Source: Bugula neritina
Lineage: Eukaryota; Animalia; Bryozoa
Length of the DNA: 64,000 nucleotides
NCBI GenBank assembly: GCA_964035545.1
Contig: OZ037770.1
Location: 9,740,973-9,804,972 of the forward strand
Reading direction: 5' to 3'
How positions within the stretch are numbered: position 1 is the first letter of the stretch; every line of letters starts with the position of its first letter. The notes beneath the pieces were generated by a model. That model was not told the DNA's origin. It ran no database searches and saw only the letters and a list, made by a program, of their open reading frames with translations. Below are positions 62,001 to 64,000 of the stretch, piece by piece. The position numbers and the translations under genes are program-made.

Positions 62001-63226
62001 GTTTATAACTGAGAATAGTAATCTATACCTTCAATGACAGACAATGAGACTGTAGAAACATTCAATTTGTCAGTCGACTTGTAACTCCTTTCCACTAGCT
62101 CTATGGTAGGTAACTTTTTTGATATTTTCCTAAAAATAGAAACTTTTTTTATTTAATATTCAATAATTTTATTGCAGTCTAAATCTAGAATGTGTGAAAA
62201 CTTGAAAAACATTTTAACTGATATGAGTTTATAGGCTTTTTGTGAATTTTAAAACTAATATGTTGTTTGTAGAAGACCAATAGTGAAGAACAAAGTTATT
62301 AATAGCTTCAGTTGGGATCAACTTAATTTAGAGCACAGTATATTACTCTGACAAAATAAAAACATGACACGCTTAAGCTTATTTTGGCATTTCAAATTTT
62401 TAGATCACCATAAAAGCAATTATACAATTATATAGTGCTGCAATAAATTTATACATAAAACAAAGTATATCAAATTAAATTAAACTGGCGTACGGCACAC
62501 CAGTGTCAATGAGCATCTAGAAATATAGAATGAAACTGTAATTAGTGAAAGTAGAAATAATATTATTTAATTATATTTTGTAGATATTGAGAAATACTAA
62601 TGTACTGGATTATACTATAATGTAATGAATTTCAGTATAGAGTTTAACGTTAACTTATTTTATAGAGTTAGTTGTTTCTCTTAACATACCAGTACGACTC
62701 AGGTCTAATTAGCATAAGCAGTAGAAGAAACTGCATTACTGTTGCTGCTATAATTATCATTGTTTCCTGGTATGTGAAATTATCAAACAGAACTCTGCAA
62801 AAGGATGGCAGAGATAAAGTGCCAACACCAACTCCTGCTGTAACCAGACCCACAGCTATTGCTTTCTTTTCCTCAAAGTAAACAGTCGGTGTCCAAGTCA
62901 TTGCCATAAATGAAAAACCAACGCCAAGACCTAAAAATAGACGAGTGATATTGCACATATTTTACTTGTATAAAATATAAAATACTGCCAGATTTCCTTA
63001 ATTCTCTTTTAAATATAATATGAAAAGTAAGAAAATATATTAGCAGAAATAACCTTTTATGAATAATAAAATTTGAATGTTTTACCAACAAGCGATGTCG
63101 CCACATAGAGTACGTGTTGATTTGGTGCATAAGCCAAGAGAACATAACCAGAAGATATTAGCACCATTCCAACAGCTCCCACAATTCTGTGCTGTACTCT
63201 AGTCAAGGCGTATCTTGCTACTGGAC
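59067..63226 (-). CDS. SLC16/MCT-family transporter, copy 3 (exons 3-10; 5' exons lie beyond the right edge)
   Basis: Exons 63086-63226, 62690-62930, 62029-62129, 61144-61226, 60637-60816, 60118-60310, 59400-59537, 59067-59221. Same phases as copies 1 and 2; motif YFEEKKAIAVGLVTAG. Confidence 0.88.
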
Positions 63227-63717
63227 CTGTAGAAAGACAAACTTTAACTGTTAAAGCAGTTGTTAAACGGTGAATTGACTTTCATGTGATTATATATGTT
63301 CTTAATTTATTTATATCATAATATGCTAAACATGCTATCAAAGCAGGGTGTTTGTGAAATGTAAAATTTTTACTATTTTAATAAATATTAATAAAAATTG
63401 TGTGTAGATGCAGTGACATTTTTGTACTAAACAGCCAAGTCCATATGTTTGAATTATAACCTAGCTGAGCAAAATGTTCTGATTCCATTGTTTCAACAGA
63501 CATTGCTCCTCTTTAAAAGCTTTTTTTAATTCTTACTTACCAAGGTAAGTGAATGCTTACTATGCATTTCAGCAGTAGAATATTTGTTACTAAACATTAG
63601 CAAACTGAAATAGCTAGACATTTTTTTACTCAACAAAGCAAAAAACTTTCCAGAATTGACAGAAAACAAAACAATAAACTCAAAGTAAATAAGGTTTGTG
63701 ATTTTTAGTATAACATA

Positions 63718-63748
63718 AGTCTAACCCCTTATAGACCAAGGCTGCTCC
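63718..63748 (-). mobile_element. SINE 5'-end fragment
   Basis: ctaaccccttatagaccaaggctgctcc is the reverse complement of the SINE head. Confidence 0.5.
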
Positions 63749-64000
63749 GTTTACTTCTAAAGTTTTTTGCATATTGTAAAACAAAATTAAAAAAATAAAT
63801 TTTGAAACTTATACTGCAATGACTAAAGCAGAAGAAAACTCAATAATTTAATTACAGGTTGATGGTTAAATTTCGCTAAACTCTTTTAATCTTCATTGAT
63901 ACATTTTAATTATTGCTTACACTAATCACTAAACAGGGTGATTACAATATTAGTGTAACCATCTTAAACTGACTCCAGTAAAGAGTTCAAGAATTAATTA

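Overview
AT-rich, intron-dense animal (invertebrate-type) genomic DNA; the species cannot be determined from the sequence. All genes found are on the minus strand. From left to right: (i) the 5' part of an ABCC5/MRP5-like ABC exporter (copy A, runs off the left edge); (ii) a complete tandem paralogue (copy B, 29 coding exons, ~1406 aa by manual splicing); (iii) a two-exon gene that the ORF track only partly shows, encoding an 84-aa secreted peptide with a 59-aa, 10-cysteine mature region; (iv) a 266-bp near-perfect DNA palindrome between two (TA)n tracts; (v) three tandem SLC16/MCT-family transporters (467 aa, 466 aa, and one truncated at the right edge) with K->R, D->E and R->K substitutions at the canonical MCT1 charged positions. 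Interspersed are a tRNA-derived SINE family (about 8 copies, one with a 16-bp TSD and an empty site in the paralogue), two solo-LTR-like copies, a hAT-type MITE, other foldback elements, an RTE LINE fragment and simple repeats. Both gene arrays show apparent gene-conversion tracts, and one MCT copy appears to use a GC-AG intron. Exon coordinates were read by hand and checked for splice-phase consistency.
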